DNA of 64,000 nt from Candidatus Latescibacterota bacterium (GCA_965242865.1 CBDETK010000013.1:1760001-1824000); one strand, 5' to 3'; shown: positions 53,854 to 63,427, counted from the first letter of the stretch. Numbers and translations: made by a program. The notes: generated from the sequence alone by a model not told the origin.

Positions 53854-55416
53854 ATGTACGTAGATAAAGAAACCCTTACTCGCGCTCTTCAGGCACTCAA
53901 TGGTACTGCGGACCATATGCTGAAGATATGGCTGACTCTCAAGCATATGGGCTTGGCTACTGGTGCCCCCCCTGTCGAAATAGACACTGGAAATTCCACC
54001 CCCTCACTCCAGCGTTTGTTCGCATACGGTGCTTCTGACGGCAGTTTTTTTGTCCCGTTTGCCCATAGTGGGCGTTGGGCAAAGATGCAACATGATGCAG
54101 CTCGTTCTATTATTCAGACTACCGTGCGTAGGTGGGAAGTCAGCCAGTCTGTTGTACAATGTGATCCGAGTGGATATCTTGACTTTCGTAGCACTCCCGA
54201 CTCGAAGGTTCTAGTTTCTTGTGGTCGAACTTACCCTCTTGGTCTTGGCTTTGGTCCAAATGGGTTTGCACGTAGCGACAATTCTCGGGTGAGTCTTCCG
54301 ATTAAATCTTTCGCTGTTTGGTATGGCAGAACTACCTGCATACCCGATAATGTAGATAGGCTTCAGGCCTCTAAATTTCTCATCGATCAGATGCTAAGTG
54401 AGTTGAATATCTCACCGGTTGAGAAAGAAGTTATCTTTATTTTTGACCATTTTGATATAGGCCTCTCTGATAAGGTCGTCAGCGATGATGAACTCGTCAG
54501 GATCTGTGGCCCTTTTGTGAAGCTATATACACGTCCCGATCCCAAGGCCTCTGTGTTCCAAGAGGACTTTCCTAGATATACTCGAAGGGTTAGATCAATG
54601 ATTCCGCACTTGAATAGTCCCGAGTGGTTGCGCTCCAGTCCCGAAGGTGATTTTCGGGCGTTGTTGGACTCTGGAGCGAAAGCTATTCTCCTCTATGGCC
54701 CGCCTCGCACCGGCAAGACGCGCCTCATCGATGAAACTATCCCGCGTTCTAATTCAGATCGCAGCACAATTCAGATTCATGATGGCTGGGTTTATGACCA
54801 CTTAGTTGAGGGATTCCAACCAGATAAAGATGGTAATTGGGGGTGGTGTGCTGGCCCTCTCAAGAGAGCCATCGACGCTCAGAAGAAGTTTATTGTGCTA
54901 GAGGAGATTAACCGAACGGCCATAACACAGGCTCTGGGAGAAGTATTTTCACTGCTCGAGGATGCGTATCGCGGCGAGGACAACGCGATTACATTGCGCA
55001 GTGGAGACAATTTCTTCATCCCCCCTGATGTCGTTTTTATTTTGACAATGAATACTATTGACAAATCGACCGAGGATGTCGATGACGCTCTGGTGGGGCG
55101 GATGGCCTCTGTTGAATTTCCTCCTCAGCCTCCGGCTCTCTTAGCCATGTTGGCAGATAATAATGTTCCTGATGCCCTGCATCGTCCTCTAAGCCAGCTC
55201 TATGCGGATATTTTGGAGACCTACCCGCTTGGCTATGGTTACTTTGCTGGCCTTAACCATAGTGCTGATGCAACCGCTGTTATCAGGTATTACAAGGCAA
55301 GGATACGGCCGGTTATAGGGAACTACTTGGGTGTCCTGAAGAAGCAAGAACTTGAAAAGATCGATAACGTAGTTGACGAGTTGTTTGGCGGACGTGATGA
55401 TTCATCAGGCGATTGA
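53854..55416 (+). CDS. McrB-family AAA+ GTPase with unrecognised N-terminal domain
   Basis: GPPRTGKT, IQIH....YDHLVEG, VLEEINR, TMNTIDKS (NxxD). Confidence 0.85.
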   Translation: MYVDKETLTRALQALNGTADHMLKIWLTLKHMGLATGAPPVEIDTGNSTPSLQRLFAYGASDGSFFVPFAHSGRWAKMQHDAARSIIQTTVRRWEVSQSVVQCDPSGYLDFRSTPDSKVLVSCGRTYPLGLGFGPNGFARSDNSRVSLPIKSFAVWYGRTTCIPDNVDRLQASKFLIDQMLSELNISPVEKEVIFIFDHFDIGLSDKVVSDDELVRICGPFVKLYTRPDPKASVFQEDFPRYTRRVRSMIPHLNSPEWLRSSPEGDFRALLDSGAKAILLYGPPRTGKTRLIDETIPRSNSDRSTIQIHDGWVYDHLVEGFQPDKDGNWGWCAGPLKRAIDAQKKFIVLEEINRTAITQALGEVFSLLEDAYRGEDNAITLRSGDNFFIPPDVVFILTMNTIDKSTEDVDDALVGRMASVEFPPQPPALLAMLADNNVPDALHRPLSQLYADILETYPLGYGYFAGLNHSADATAVIRYYKARIRPVIGNYLGVLKKQELEKIDNVVDELFGGRDDSSGD

Positions 55417-56596
55417 AGGACAGGTAACTTGGTTACCCGGTGTTTCTCAGGTTGATATTCCGCATCCTTGGCCTTCTTCCATAACTATCCGACTCCGTTC
55501 TAGAGGTGTAGGCGTCGAGCCTCGAAGTGTCGTTGGTGCTGTTCCACTGTTGAATGGAGATACGATTCAGATACTTCCAAAAATCGGCCGTGTAAACTTT
55601 TTTCATCTGTTCATTATAGCCGGTGGGCTTCAGCGCGAGCTCAGACGGGAGTTCCAAGAGTTTGTCTCATACTTGCTGGATGATGAGTCCAATATTGACT
55701 CTCTGGTTGTGAGACAACTCCATCTCGCCATTATGGACATTCTGAGACTCAGCCCACAGATAGGACGGGTAAACCGTCGTCATAAGGGATCTTTTGCCCT
55801 AGGACGACTAGATGCTAAAGCTACGGCGTTTAATATCGCAATTCGTCGTCAGGAACCCATCGTGTTCTGCCACCGGGAGCGTACCTATGACATTCCTGAG
55901 AACCGTGTTTTGACAGAAGCTATAATTCGGGCGTTCCCGCTACTATCCGAGCAAGATCGGGATTACCTTGCGCCAATTTATAATCGATGGCTATCTCGAT
56001 TCCCGCGTTCTGGTAATCTCATGGTCGACCTAGAGTGGATTGGCTGTCGATTTGGCCTCATGCAGTATGGGGGTGCCAGAGACTACTACCGTAAAGCCTT
56101 GATGCTAGCGCAGGTTGTACTGGGTAATTCCGGTATCGGTCTCGAAGGATCATCCATCATAGAAGGGGACTCGGTTCTCCTCAACACCGCCAACATTTAT
56201 GAAAGGTATCTGCTAAATGTAATTGCTCGTGCCCATTCGGAGTCAGGCTATGTCGTCTCCAAGGGCAATGCGTGGATCATTAGTCTTTACACTGATGGTA
56301 GCCGTGAGATAATTCCAGACATAGTCGTTTCTCACAGCGGATCCGTCAGGCTCATTGCCGATGCCAAGTATAAGGAGCCGGATTCATCCGATCACTACCA
56401 AATGTATACGTATCTGCACGTTATGGGCGTCAAGGCAGGATTATTACTGGCCCCTTTATTTGACGGAGATGAGGTTGTCTCCCGCAAGTTTACCTCAACT
56501 GATGGTAAGACTGTCTGGGAGATTTACCTACCGATGTCAAATTTGCCGGCTACAGAAGACTTCTTGGCCTGCCTAGTTCGGGAATTTGGCACCTGA
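55397..56596 (+). CDS. McrC-family PD-(D/E)xK nuclease
   Basis: VGAV, QILPKIG, DIPENR, IYERY, IIPDIV...IADAKYK, D.YQMYTY; overlaps McrB end. Confidence 0.85.
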   Translation: MIHQAIEGQVTWLPGVSQVDIPHPWPSSITIRLRSRGVGVEPRSVVGAVPLLNGDTIQILPKIGRVNFFHLFIIAGGLQRELRREFQEFVSYLLDDESNIDSLVVRQLHLAIMDILRLSPQIGRVNRRHKGSFALGRLDAKATAFNIAIRRQEPIVFCHRERTYDIPENRVLTEAIIRAFPLLSEQDRDYLAPIYNRWLSRFPRSGNLMVDLEWIGCRFGLMQYGGARDYYRKALMLAQVVLGNSGIGLEGSSIIEGDSVLLNTANIYERYLLNVIARAHSESGYVVSKGNAWIISLYTDGSREIIPDIVVSHSGSVRLIADAKYKEPDSSDHYQMYTYLHVMGVKAGLLLAPLFDGDEVVSRKFTSTDGKTVWEIYLPMSNLPATEDFLACLVREFGT

Positions 56597-57854
56597 AGCC
56601 CAGATCGTTTACAGCCTGTGCCTCAGTGACTTTTCTATTAGCGGTATCAAGGTACTCTTGGCATACATCGAATCCTAGAAATCGGCGTCCTAGCTCCCGT
56701 GCAGCTAAAGCAGAATTGCCGACCCCAACGAATGGGTCTAATACTAGGTCGCCCACTCTAGATGATAGGGCGATGCACCGTGCTGGTAGGGAGATCGGGA
56801 ACTGGGCACCGTGCCCATCGCCCCCGTTTGCCGTCGGTAGGGTCCATACGTCAGACAGTTTGTCCGTCTCCCATCCGTTGTTTCTACCTCCCCACTTGGC
56901 TGGTAACTCCCGATAAGTCTGTTTCTGAAATAGAGGTTTCCGTACTTTACTCAGGTGCAACACATACTCAAGGTTACGGCTTACACGCGATTCTTGAGGC
57001 TCGGGCAGGGTCCCGGTTTTGGCCCAAGTTATAACGCTCTTCACATAGTAGCCGATACGTGAGGCGCGTTCTGCGATCAGCCCCGGTATCATACACTGCT
57101 CACCATCCTTAAGATAAGAATGGCCAGCGCTGTATCGTCGGCAATCTTGCTCTTTCCAAGTCCTGTGATCCCGGCCCTGCATAGCGTGTAGTGCCTCTAC
57201 AGCACTGTTCCGAATCTGGGTTCGCGTGTTGAATGAATCCATGACGTTCCACCATATAGAACCCTCCGGAGTCAGCACATCGTAGAGTGCTGTCAAAACC
57301 TCAATCGTATGTCTCGCGAAGCTCTCGGGCGTTTGCTCGTGACCGTAAGCAGCCCTCTCACCGTCTGCCCAATCAACCACGCACGACTCGTTGTAAATAC
57401 GCATACCCCAGTAAGGAGTTGAAGTGACTACGCATTGGACGCTGTTGCTAGGGATAGCCTGCAACAGGTCGAGAACGTGGCCCTTTAGTAAAGCATATTC
57501 TTGGACTGGTGGCATCGCGTTCTTTACTGTTTCCGGCGTTGTTACCCTCTCTAGTAGATAATCAATCACCCTACTGCGCGGGACAATCGTTTCCTTATAA
57601 GAATCTTGGTCTAGTAATGACAAGACATCCTGTGCCGTAAGCTGTTCTTTGCGCCCGACGACCTTCTTGATGAAGGTATGGGACATTCCTACCGCAACGG
57701 AGACCGTTTCGATAGGAAATTCCTGCTGCAAGTCACAGTAGTCCTCTCGTCGTAGGGCTGCGATCTTAGTCTTGGGCTTGATGTCTGAGAGTTTAGTCTC
57801 TTCGTCATTGTCGAACTCTTTTATCGTGGCCATGCTAATACCGTTGCTCGTCAT
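56550..57854 (-). CDS. beta-class DNA amino-methyltransferase (N4-C/N6-A) with N-terminal extension
   Basis: VQCVVTSTPYWG (motif IV variant), ITWAK, H.AQFP, VLDPFVGVG (motif I); GGAGG RBS before ATG 57854. Confidence 0.85.
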   Translation of the reverse strand: MTSNGISMATIKEFDNDEETKLSDIKPKTKIAALRREDYCDLQQEFPIETVSVAVGMSHTFIKKVVGRKEQLTAQDVLSLLDQDSYKETIVPRSRVIDYLLERVTTPETVKNAMPPVQEYALLKGHVLDLLQAIPSNSVQCVVTSTPYWGMRIYNESCVVDWADGERAAYGHEQTPESFARHTIEVLTALYDVLTPEGSIWWNVMDSFNTRTQIRNSAVEALHAMQGRDHRTWKEQDCRRYSAGHSYLKDGEQCMIPGLIAERASRIGYYVKSVITWAKTGTLPEPQESRVSRNLEYVLHLSKVRKPLFQKQTYRELPAKWGGRNNGWETDKLSDVWTLPTANGGDGHGAQFPISLPARCIALSSRVGDLVLDPFVGVGNSALAARELGRRFLGFDVCQEYLDTANRKVTEAQAVNDLGFRCQIPELGRPRSLL

Positions 57855-58086
57855 GGATGATTTCCTCCAGTGATCTAGATGGGGGTACACTATATATAAC
57901 AGTATAACATAAAACTTGAGGTGTACACCTCCAAATTGCTAGGCTTTTCGTGAGAAATGGGTTTTTGTGCAGAAACGGCTAACGAGAGCTCAACACAGAG
58001 CATCAGGACGCCGAGGGCGATCCTCTCCGGGACTTCAGAGGGACCTATATTTTTAATATATCAGCTACTAATCAGGATGTCTAACT

Positions 58087-58286
58087 CTACTGGTAGGATT
58101 CAGTGCGGTCGCCGCCGTTGACGTTGACGTGCTGTCCGGTCACGTAGCTGGCGGCTGGCGAGGCCAAAAAGACCACGGTCGCGGCCACCTCTTCCGGCCC
58201 GCCGGCCCGGCGCATGGGAATGCTGTCGAGAAACTGCGCCCGCTCTTTTGGCGTCCGCCGTGCCAGCGCGCCGCGCCCCATGCCCG
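58087..58286 (-). repeat. right direct repeat of island (3' end of intact SDR)
   Basis: Near-identical to 53560-53746. Confidence 0.95.
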
Positions 58287-58845
58287 CGTCAATGATCCCG
58301 GGCGAGACCGCGTTGACGCGGATGCCGTGCTCGGCTTCCTCTTTTGACAGCACCTTCGTCAAGGCCACGACGCCCGCCTTGGTGGTCGCATACGCTGCGG
58401 CCCCGCCGGGCAGGGTATTGACCACATTCGAGGCGATATTGACGACCGCGCCGCCCCGCACCCGCAGCAGCGGCAGGGCGGCCTTACACATGTAGAAGAC
58501 GCTGTTGAGGTTGACATCGAGCACCCGGTGCCAGTCCGCCAGCGCCATATCGGCCACGGATTGCCCGCCGATGGTGATTCCGGCGTTGTTGACCAAAATG
58601 TCCAACCCGCCCAAGTCGTTGGCCACGCGCTCAACCAGCGATTGCGCGGCCTCGGCCTCGGTTATATCGGCTGCAAAGGCCACCCCGCCCAGCTCGGCGG
58701 CGAGGGCGTGCGCGGCCTCCTGCTGAGTGCGGTAGTGCAATGCGACCGCCGCGCCTTCGGCGGCCAACGCACGGCATATCGCTTGGCCGATGCCGCCCGC
58801 CGCGCCGGTTACTAAGGCGATGCGCCCGTGGAGGGATGTGCCCAT
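58087..58845 (-). CDS. SDR family oxidoreductase
   Basis: TGAAGGIG, NNAG, YATTK, NAVSPG, VNGG. Confidence 0.9.
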   Translation of the reverse strand: MGTSLHGRIALVTGAAGGIGQAICRALAAEGAAVALHYRTQQEAAHALAAELGGVAFAADITEAEAAQSLVERVANDLGGLDILVNNAGITIGGQSVADMALADWHRVLDVNLNSVFYMCKAALPLLRVRGGAVVNIASNVVNTLPGGAAAYATTKAGVVALTKVLSKEEAEHGIRVNAVSPGIIDAGMGRGALARRTPKERAQFLDSIPMRRAGGPEEVAATVVFLASPAASYVTGQHVNVNGGDRTESYQ

Positions 58846-59279
58846 GAGGTTCGCTCTCCTTTCGAGAAATCGCCGAGGCGGGCGGTGCTGCCCCGGTAGC
58901 TCGCACGGTCGCAGTTGGTGAGGGTGACCAGCCGGTGGTGGCGTCGCAGGTAAGCGAGCGATTCGGCCGCGTCCGCAAAGGCTGGCCAGTCCCCGACCGA
59001 CTGGCCGAAGCGGATGCTCTCGGCTTCGTCAGGTTCGCGGCCCCAGTTCCGGGCCAGTGTGCGGTGGGTGCCCGCCAAGAGGTCGGCGTAGAGCAGGTCC
59101 GGGGTGGCGGCTTGGCAGGCCGATTCTGCTTGGGCGAATGCGGCGAGTGCGGCCTCGCGGGTCGGCGGAGCAGCCAGCCGCGCACAGAGCGGTTGCAGCG
59201 CGTCCCAGATTCCCGTCTCCCAATCAATTAGGGTTCCGTAGGTGTCGAAGGTCAGGATTGGAAAGTCGCAGAGGCGCAT
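58812..59279 (-). pseudogene. truncated haloacid dehalogenase type II-like HAD hydrolase
   Basis: TFDTYGTLIDWETG motif I and LTNCD motif II, but motifs III/IV absent; ORF runs into SDR start. Confidence 0.6.
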
Positions 59280-59406
59280 GGGCGTTTTTTCGAGGGTGGA
59301 GATGGGAGGGGGCTTGGGGTCAACTCAAAGCACACCACGGGCAGGAGCCATAGGGCCATAAGGCAAGGCATTTAGCGATCACAGGCGTTCTCCCGGACAA
59401 CCCCCA

Positions 59407-60597
59407 TCAACTCCGCCGCGTCTGCACCCAGTCGAGGATGCGGTCGGCGACCGCTGATTTGCTCAGTAGGGGCAGCGCTTCCTCGCGGCCGGTCGCGTCG
59501 ATCAGGGTGACGCGATTGGTGTCGCCGGCGAAACCAGCCCCCTCGTCGTTGAGCATGTTGAGCGCGATTAAGTCGCCTCCCTTGCGGGCCAGTTTCTCCC
59601 GCGCCCGCTCCAGCCCCTGCTCGGTCTCCATCGCAAAGACGACCAGCAGCCGCTGGCCCTTGCGCCGACCCAACCCGGCGGCAATGTCCGGGTTTTCGAC
59701 CAACTCAATGGAGCGGGACGCAGTGCCGCGCTTGATTTTTTGCGCGGCCACCTCCTTGGCGCGGTAGTCGGCCGGGGCCGCGGCCAAAATCGCCCCATCG
59801 ACCTGCTCAAATAAGGCTTCGACTGCGCGCTGCATGTCGAGCGTTGAGCGCACCAACTGCCGCTCCACGCCCGCTGGCACCGGCAGGGCGGTCGGCCCGG
59901 ACACCAGCCACACCCGCGCCCCGCGGGCCGCGGCGCGTACGGCTATGGCATGGCCCATCTTGCCGGACGAGCGATTGGAAATAAAGCGCACCGGATCGAG
60001 ATCCTCGACTGTGGGGCCGGCCGTTATTAGCAGCTTCAGCCCTGCCAAGTCGCCGCTGAAATGCGCGGCCACGGCCGCGACCAATTCCGCGGGATCGGGC
60101 AGCCGCCCGCGGCCCACGGCCCCCGATGCCAACGGCCCCACCTCCGGCTCGATCAGGTGAAATCCCCGCTGCGCCAAGGTCTGCACATTGGCCGCGACCG
60201 CCGCATTGGCGAACATGGTTTCCTCCATCGACGGGGCCAGCAAAACCGGCCCGGCCGCGCACAACAACACCGAGGACAGCAAGTCGTCGGCCAAGCCGCC
60301 AGCCACGCGCCCCAAGCAGTGCGCCGTGGCCGGAGCGACCAAAATCAAGTCGGCCCACTCGGCCAACCCCACGTGTAGAACGGGAAACTCCGAGTCGCGG
60401 CCGAACAAGTCGCTATGCACCCGGTGCCGCGAAAGCACCTCCAAGGTCTTGGGAGCGACAAACTCGCCAGCCGCGCGGGTCAGCACGACCCGCACCTCGG
60501 CCCCCCCAGCGGTCAGCAGCCGCACGATCTCCGGCGTCTTGTACGCGGCAATGCCACCCGTGACCCCGAGCAGGATGTTGCGGCCCGACAAGCTCAT
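59407..60597 (-). CDS. coaBC: bifunctional phosphopantothenoylcysteine decarboxylase/ligase
   Basis: GVTGGIAAYK, APATA, G.GRL, TAGPT.E.LDPVRFISNRSSGKMG, KIK, GF..DTN. Confidence 0.95.
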   Translation of the reverse strand: MSLSGRNILLGVTGGIAAYKTPEIVRLLTAGGAEVRVVLTRAAGEFVAPKTLEVLSRHRVHSDLFGRDSEFPVLHVGLAEWADLILVAPATAHCLGRVAGGLADDLLSSVLLCAAGPVLLAPSMEETMFANAAVAANVQTLAQRGFHLIEPEVGPLASGAVGRGRLPDPAELVAAVAAHFSGDLAGLKLLITAGPTVEDLDPVRFISNRSSGKMGHAIAVRAAARGARVWLVSGPTALPVPAGVERQLVRSTLDMQRAVEALFEQVDGAILAAAPADYRAKEVAAQKIKRGTASRSIELVENPDIAAGLGRRKGQRLLVVFAMETEQGLERAREKLARKGGDLIALNMLNDEGAGFAGDTNRVTLIDATGREEALPLLSKSAVADRILDWVQTRRS

Positions 60598-61127
60598 GGC
60601 TGTTCGAGACGCGCCAAGATGTGTGCGCAGGCGGCTGGGGGATCGCAGCACTCGGTATCGACGACCAAGTCGTACACTGATAGGTCGCTGATGGCGATTT
60701 GGTGATGCGCAGCAAAGCGCTGGGCCTCGGACGCCTCGCGCTGGCGCGTTTCTGCGAGGGCTTGCGCCCGCGGCTTGCCCTCGCGCTGCCCCACGCGCTC
60801 GGCCCGCACGGCGCCCGCGGCTTGCAGCCAGACCTTGAGGGCCGGCAGCTGGTGCCGCTGGGCCATCCAGCCCGTGAGCCTTCCTTCGACGACGACCGGG
60901 GCGCGCTCCCGCGCTTGCGCGACCAAGCGCTCGTCGAGCTGGCGGTCAATGCAGCCGTTGGCTTCGGCCCGCCGACCCAGCTCGGCCAAGCTCAAGCCCG
61001 CCTCTTGGGCCAGCCCCCGAAAGACCGCTCCGGCGTTGAGGTACGCCCAGCCCAGCCGCGCACTTAGCTGGTCGCCCACCGTAGTGGTGCCGCTGCCCGC
61101 CAAGCCGCTGATGGTAATGATTTGCAC
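60594..61127 (-). CDS. cmk: archaeal-type (d)CMP kinase family protein
   Basis: IITISGLAGSGTTT, AG.VFR.LA, IDR.LD, VEGRLTGW, KVWL.A...RAERV, YDLVVDT; start codon uncertain. Confidence 0.75.
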   Translation of the reverse strand: MQIITISGLAGSGTTTVGDQLSARLGWAYLNAGAVFRGLAQEAGLSLAELGRRAEANGCIDRQLDERLVAQARERAPVVVEGRLTGWMAQRHQLPALKVWLQAAGAVRAERVGQREGKPRAQALAETRQREASEAQRFAAHHQIAISDLSVYDLVVDTECCDPPAACAHILARLEQP

Positions 61128-61143
61128 GGATGCCACAAGCACC

Positions 61144-62106
61144 TCACGCCAAGTTTTGCACCTGCTCGCGCAACCGCTCCACTTCCTCTTTGATCGCGAC
61201 CACCTCGTGGGCGATCTCGGCGTCTGCGGCCTTGGTGCTCATGGTGTTGGCTTCGCGGTTCATTTCCTGCAAGAGAAAGTTCAGGCGCTTGCCCACTTGG
61301 CCTCCCTGCGCCAAGGTGGCCAAGAATTGGACGTTGTGGCTGCGGCTGCGGACGATCTCTTCGGCGATGTCGCTGCGCTCGGCGATCAGGGAGACCTCCG
61401 TGGCGAGGCGATCTTCGGCAACCGTCCCGGGCGCGAGCAACGCGGCGACCTTTTCTCGCAGTCGCTCGGCCACTTGTCCCCGGGTCGCCTGCGCTCGCTC
61501 GGCCACGCGCTCCAGATGCCCCTCGATGGCCTCGATGCGGTCGCGCAGATCCGCGGCGAGGGCCTGGCCTTCAGCCGTGCGCATGGCCACCAGCTCGGCC
61601 AGCGCTTCGTCCAACCCCGCCCACAGCACCTCTTGGACGACCGCGCTATCTAGCGGGGTAGCTTGGACGCGAAAGAGCTGGGGCAGCTTGGCCAGCAGCA
61701 CCCGCTCGACCCCCACATCGAGCTGTTCTAGCCCCTTGAAGCGAGCAAAAAACGCCTTCCGCCGCGGCAGCGTTGCCCGACTCTCCGCGGCTTCGAGGTG
61801 GGCCAATTCCGCAAGCCGCCGCAACTGGGCCAGATAGTGCTTGGCGGCCTCCTCGTCGAGCTGGGGCAGGGCCTCTAACGGGCTCTCCTCGGCCCATGCG
61901 ATGTGCGCGCTGATCTTGCCGCGGCCGACCCGCGCCTGAATCCGCTCGCGGATGGCCGCCTCAAAGGACTGGAGCTCGGCTGGGCAGCGCACCTGTATGT
62001 CGAGGTAGCGGCTGTTGACCGACCGCAGCTCGACAGCAAGCCGCCAACCCTGCCGCTCGGCCGCGGCGCGGCCAAATCCGGTCATGCTGTGAATGGGAAC
62101 GGGCAT
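61144..62106 (-). CDS. yicC: YicC/YloC family endoribonuclease
   Basis: SMTGFGR, ELRSVNSRYLD, RGKI, DIAEE..R..SH, GKRLNFLLQEMNREANT..K, REQVQN. Confidence 0.93.
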   Translation of the reverse strand: MPVPIHSMTGFGRAAAERQGWRLAVELRSVNSRYLDIQVRCPAELQSFEAAIRERIQARVGRGKISAHIAWAEESPLEALPQLDEEAAKHYLAQLRRLAELAHLEAAESRATLPRRKAFFARFKGLEQLDVGVERVLLAKLPQLFRVQATPLDSAVVQEVLWAGLDEALAELVAMRTAEGQALAADLRDRIEAIEGHLERVAERAQATRGQVAERLREKVAALLAPGTVAEDRLATEVSLIAERSDIAEEIVRSRSHNVQFLATLAQGGQVGKRLNFLLQEMNREANTMSTKAADAEIAHEVVAIKEEVERLREQVQNLA

Positions 62107-62185
62107 AACGGGTTCTCGTGAATGGTGAGTGCCGAGGATCAGCTACTAAGGAAGGTCGTTACGGAGTAAATCCCATGCAAGCGCA

Positions 62186-63427
62186 CTAACGGCCTGGATC
62201 CACGGCAATGCGGACGATGGACGAAAACCCATCGAGCCGCGCAAGCGTCTGCCCCTCCGGCGCGAATTTCAGCAGCGCGTTGCCGGTCGCAATCCAAGCC
62301 CGCTGCTGCACCGCGTCAAAGGACAGGGCACGGCCCCCGGGCACGTCGGTCCAGTGCTGATCCAAGGCCCCGTTGGCCGAGAACAGGGCCAAGTCCCGTT
62401 CCCCTAGCACCCAGCAGGCACCGCTCGCGCCATCCACGGCCAACCCCACGGCCACGGCAAAAGGCAGGTCCACGTCGAGGACAGCGCCCGTGCGGCCCAA
62501 CCGCGTCAAGTTGCGGCCCTCGCTACCCAACACCCAGACAGCTCCGACCGCACCGGCCGCCAACGCCTTGGGGGCCGCCAGCGCGCGGAATTCAGCGGTG
62601 CGCGTCCCGTCGATCTGGTAGAACAGTACGCGGCCTTGGGCTTGGTCGGCGATCCAGCACCCCCCCGCCTGCGCGGCCAACGCCACAGGCTGGACAAAGG
62701 TGGCATCCACCGGGACGAGGGCGAGCGAATCGGTCGCGGCCAAGGAAAACCAAAAGACCCGCTGCCGGCCCGCGTCGATCAGCCAGCCAATCCGCGCCTC
62801 GGCGTCAATGGCCACATCCCCGGGCGTCTCCACGGCCGCGGCCAGCGCGACCAACGCGCCATCTTTTTGAATCCGGTACAGCCCGGCAAACCCCCGATCG
62901 CTGACCCAGCACGAGCCATCGGCCCGGTCGAGGGCAATCGCCGCCAAGTCGAAAAAATGCCCTTGGGCAAAGTGCGCCCGGCGCGCATCCGCGCTGACTT
63001 TCCACACCAACCCGGAGTGGCGGTCGGCCACCCACGCGACTTCCGGGCCGGGCGTAGCGAGCACGGGCGGGCCGCTCGGGCGTTCCCCTTCCCCGGCGAC
63101 GAGCAGGTTGAGTTGGTATTCGTACGGGGTCCCGTTTTGTACCGCGGCATCCGTGTAGTCGGTCGCGTCCGAGGCCAGCACCGGCGTTATCGGCGTCCAC
63201 TCGTTCCCGGGCTGACGGCGGTAGAGCCGGTAGCCTTGGACATCAGAAAAACGGGAAAAATGCCACTGCAACTCGACTTGGCTGTCGAGCGCCAAGGCCC
63301 GCAAATCGCGCTGGGGCTCGCTCGGCGGGTCTTTGGCTTGTGGGTCGAGGGGATTGCGCCGCGGGCGGTCACTGCAAGCCAAAATCAGGACGCCGATGCA
63401 GCACCCTAGCCAGAGGCTGCGTCTCAC
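62186..63427 (-). CDS. lipoprotein with fibronectin type III domain and NHL-like beta-propeller
   Basis: LILAC lipobox, R.NPLDP, V.L.W..GYRLYR..YTD..V.NG..Y.Y FN3, repeated WV.D blades. Confidence 0.7.
   Translation of the reverse strand: MRRSLWLGCCIGVLILACSDRPRRNPLDPQAKDPPSEPQRDLRALALDSQVELQWHFSRFSDVQGYRLYRRQPGNEWTPITPVLASDATDYTDAAVQNGTPYEYQLNLLVAGEGERPSGPPVLATPGPEVAWVADRHSGLVWKVSADARRAHFAQGHFFDLAAIALDRADGSCWVSDRGFAGLYRIQKDGALVALAAAVETPGDVAIDAEARIGWLIDAGRQRVFWFSLAATDSLALVPVDATFVQPVALAAQAGGCWIADQAQGRVLFYQIDGTRTAEFRALAAPKALAAGAVGAVWVLGSEGRNLTRLGRTGAVLDVDLPFAVAVGLAVDGASGACWVLGERDLALFSANGALDQHWTDVPGGRALSFDAVQQRAWIATGNALLKFAPEGQTLARLDGFSSIVRIAVDPGR

Larger units (their letters stand above)
53560..58286. 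mobile_element. lower-GC restriction-modification islet flanked by direct repeats
   Basis: ~190-bp direct repeats 4527 bp apart; visibly AT-richer interior; no integrase inside. Confidence 0.75.

Noticed and set aside
53560-53946. 128-aa minus-strand ORF ending like the SDR
   Set aside because: Chimera of AT-rich promoter DNA and the duplicated SDR tail, overlapping mcrB antisense; not a credible gene.
61700-61800. Apparent ~25-aa insertion in YicC
   Set aside because: In frame and in a variable linker region; cannot support significance without an alignment.
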